Source of the DNA: Desulfovibrio sp.
GTDB taxonomy: Bacteria > Desulfobacterota > Desulfovibrionia > Desulfovibrionales > Desulfovibrionaceae
Direction: 5' to 3'
Assembly (NCBI RefSeq): GCF_047607245.1
Contig: NZ_JASGDK010000070.1
Span: 11,610-75,609, forward strand
DNA: 64,000 nucleotides
Under the pieces are notes generated by a model that did no database searches, was not told the origin of the DNA, and saw only the letters and a program-made list of their open reading frames with translations. Both the position numbers and the translations under genes were made by a program. Below, one piece after another: positions 62,626-64,000 of the stretch. Positions within the stretch are counted from its first letter, which is position 1. Every line of letters starts with the position of its first letter.

Positions 62626-63492
62626 ATGAACGTTTGCCGCGCCAAAACAGCGGGCTTCTGCATGGGCGTCAGTCTGGCCCTGCAAAAGCTCAATTCCGCC
62701 CTTGAAGGATCCTCGGGGCGGGTGAAAGGCGTGGAGCCGGGCCGCATATGCACGCTTGGCCCCATCATCCACAACCCGCAGGTGCTGGCCGAATATGAGG
62801 CCCGTGGCGTTGCCTGCGTCAAGGAACCCTCGCAACTGCAACCTGGCGACGTTGCCGTCATCCGCGCGCACGGCATCACCCGGCAGGTTGAACGGCAGGT
62901 CTTTGAAAGCGGCGCAACCGTGGTGGACGCCACCTGCCCCAAGGTCAAAAAAGCGCAGCTTTCCATAGCGCGCGCCACGGCCCAGGGCGCAACCCTTCTG
63001 CTTTTCGGCGAAGAAGATCACCCCGAGGTGCGCGGCCTTATTTCTTACGCCAGCGGCCCTGCCCACGTATTCGGCAATGCCGAAGAGCTGGCGGCCCTGC
63101 ATCTGGACCCGGCCCGGCCCTATGTTCTGGCCTCGCAAACCACACAGGACCGCGAAATTTTTACGGCCATACGCGAAACGCTGTCCAGCTCGCTCAAGGA
63201 TCTTACAATCCTGTCCACTATTTGCGATGCAACCCGCGAGCGGCAGGAAGAAGCCAGAAATATTGCCTCCTCGGTAGATGTCATGGTAGTCGTTGGAGGA
63301 CGCCAGAGCGGTAATACGCGGCGTCTGGCGGATGTGGCTGCCCTCAGCGGTATTGCCACCTATCATGTTGAAAGTGCCGAAGAGCTTGAAGCAGCAAATT
63401 TTGCAAATAAGTCGCAGGCAGGCCTTACGGCTGGCGCTTCTACGCCGAAAAGTCTTATAGACGCAGCCGAGGCATGGCTTTCGTCGCTCTAG
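62626..63492 (+). CDS. ispH: 4-hydroxy-3-methylbut-2-enyl diphosphate reductase IspH/LytB
   Basis: GFCMGV (Cys1), GPIIHNPQV, RAHGI, DATCPKV (Cys2), ICDATRERQ (Cys3) and VVGGRQSGNTRRL. Confidence 0.9.
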   Translation: MNVCRAKTAGFCMGVSLALQKLNSALEGSSGRVKGVEPGRICTLGPIIHNPQVLAEYEARGVACVKEPSQLQPGDVAVIRAHGITRQVERQVFESGATVVDATCPKVKKAQLSIARATAQGATLLLFGEEDHPEVRGLISYASGPAHVFGNAEELAALHLDPARPYVLASQTTQDREIFTAIRETLSSSLKDLTILSTICDATRERQEEARNIASSVDVMVVVGGRQSGNTRRLADVAALSGIATYHVESAEELEAANFANKSQAGLTAGASTPKSLIDAAEAWLSSL

Positions 63493-63675
63493 AGCAGAGT
63501 AGCGTTGAAAATATGCATTCTCAAAATTTAAGACACGCCCGTTCCGGCGCTTAACCGCGCAAACAAGTTGCGCTTACGCCTCCACGGCGGGCGTCTGTTC
63601 ACGCAGCCGCCACAGCATTTCAAAAGTGAAATGCGCTAACGACCCGCCTGTGCGGCACGACACTGGAGAGGCAGC

Positions 63676-64000
63676 ATGTCCCAGTCCAATATTCTACTTG
63701 AAGCCGGCACCAACGAACTGGAAGTGGTGGAATTCTATCTAGACGAATTCGTTCCACCTTCCGGCGAAGCCCCCCAGTTGGATGAAAACGGCCAGCCCGT
63801 TCCCGCGCCCTCTTACCGTGGTTACTACGGCGTCAACGTGGCGAAGGTGCTGGAAATCATCCGCATGCCCAAGGTCACGGAACTGCCGGAAGTACAGCAC
63901 CCCAGCGTGCTTGGCGCGTTCAACCTGCGGTCACGCATCATTCCTCTGGTGGATCTGGCCATGTGGCTTGGCAAGACCCATCCCGGCAATGAAGAACAGC
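63676..64000 (+). CDS. CheW-like domain chemotaxis coupling protein (CheW or CheV N-terminus); 3' end lies outside the window
   Basis: Not in the track because there is no stop in the window. ATG 63676 follows GGAGAG. LLEAGTNELEVVEFYL...YGVNVAKVLEIIRMP...GAFNLRSRIIPLVDLAMWLG is a typical CheW-domain opening. Confidence 0.7.
   Translation, partial: MSQSNILLEAGTNELEVVEFYLDEFVPPSGEAPQLDENGQPVPAPSYRGYYGVNVAKVLEIIRMPKVTELPEVQHPSVLGAFNLRSRIIPLVDLAMWLGKTHPGNEEQ

Noticed and set aside
1-64000. I scanned the whole window for CRISPR arrays, rRNA, transposases, integrases, phage genes and toxin-antitoxin or known defence-system signatures.
   Set aside because: I saw no regularly spaced direct repeats, no recombinase, transposase or nuclease-helicase motifs, and no rRNA-like segments. 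The only repeated DNA is the 145-bp element pair.

Overview
GC-rich bacterial chromosomal segment. The gene content looks like a sulfate-reducing Desulfovibrionaceae-type organism; this is an inference from the NrfD-type periplasmic redox module, the Tat-exported FeS modules and the MoeA-PBP fusion. I can support about 50 protein-coding genes, one riboswitch, several intrinsic terminators and one dispersed repeat pair. I found no rRNA, convincing tRNA, CRISPR array, transposase or integrase. Housekeeping blocks are rpsL-rpsG-fusA, argJ, valS, lipB-lipA, htpX, ispH, dus and crcB with a fluoride riboswitch. Accessory blocks are: (i) 5.3-9.6 kb, a minus-strand operon of HpcH-type aldolase, SDR epimerase, KdsB-like cytidylyltransferase, hexapeptide acetyltransferase and HAD phosphatase; (ii) 9.7-14.2 kb, molybdenum-handling genes (MoeA-PBP fusion, di-TOBE Mop); (iii) 16.6-32.4 kb, the most interesting region. 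In (iii) two divergent operons combine a stand-alone alpha-oxoamine synthase, a ketosynthase-less AT-ACP-DH megaprotein, two paralogous GT4 glycosyltransferases, a CE4-like deacetylase and an AsnB-type amidotransferase. They also carry a TolC-like lipoprotein, a membrane-fusion protein and a MOP flippase, with no ABC or RND pump. I interpret (iii) as a candidate undescribed glyco-aminolipid (sphingolipid-like) biosynthesis and export system. Other points of interest are an orphan Tat-FeS plus four-His membrane module, a GAF-DHp protein coupled to a SulP-STAS transporter, and a ~145-bp inverted dispersed repeat. Many long ORFs in the track are antisense shadow ORFs of real genes, and several track ORFs are over-extended at the N-terminus. 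All functional calls come from motif recognition by eye; no database search was run.
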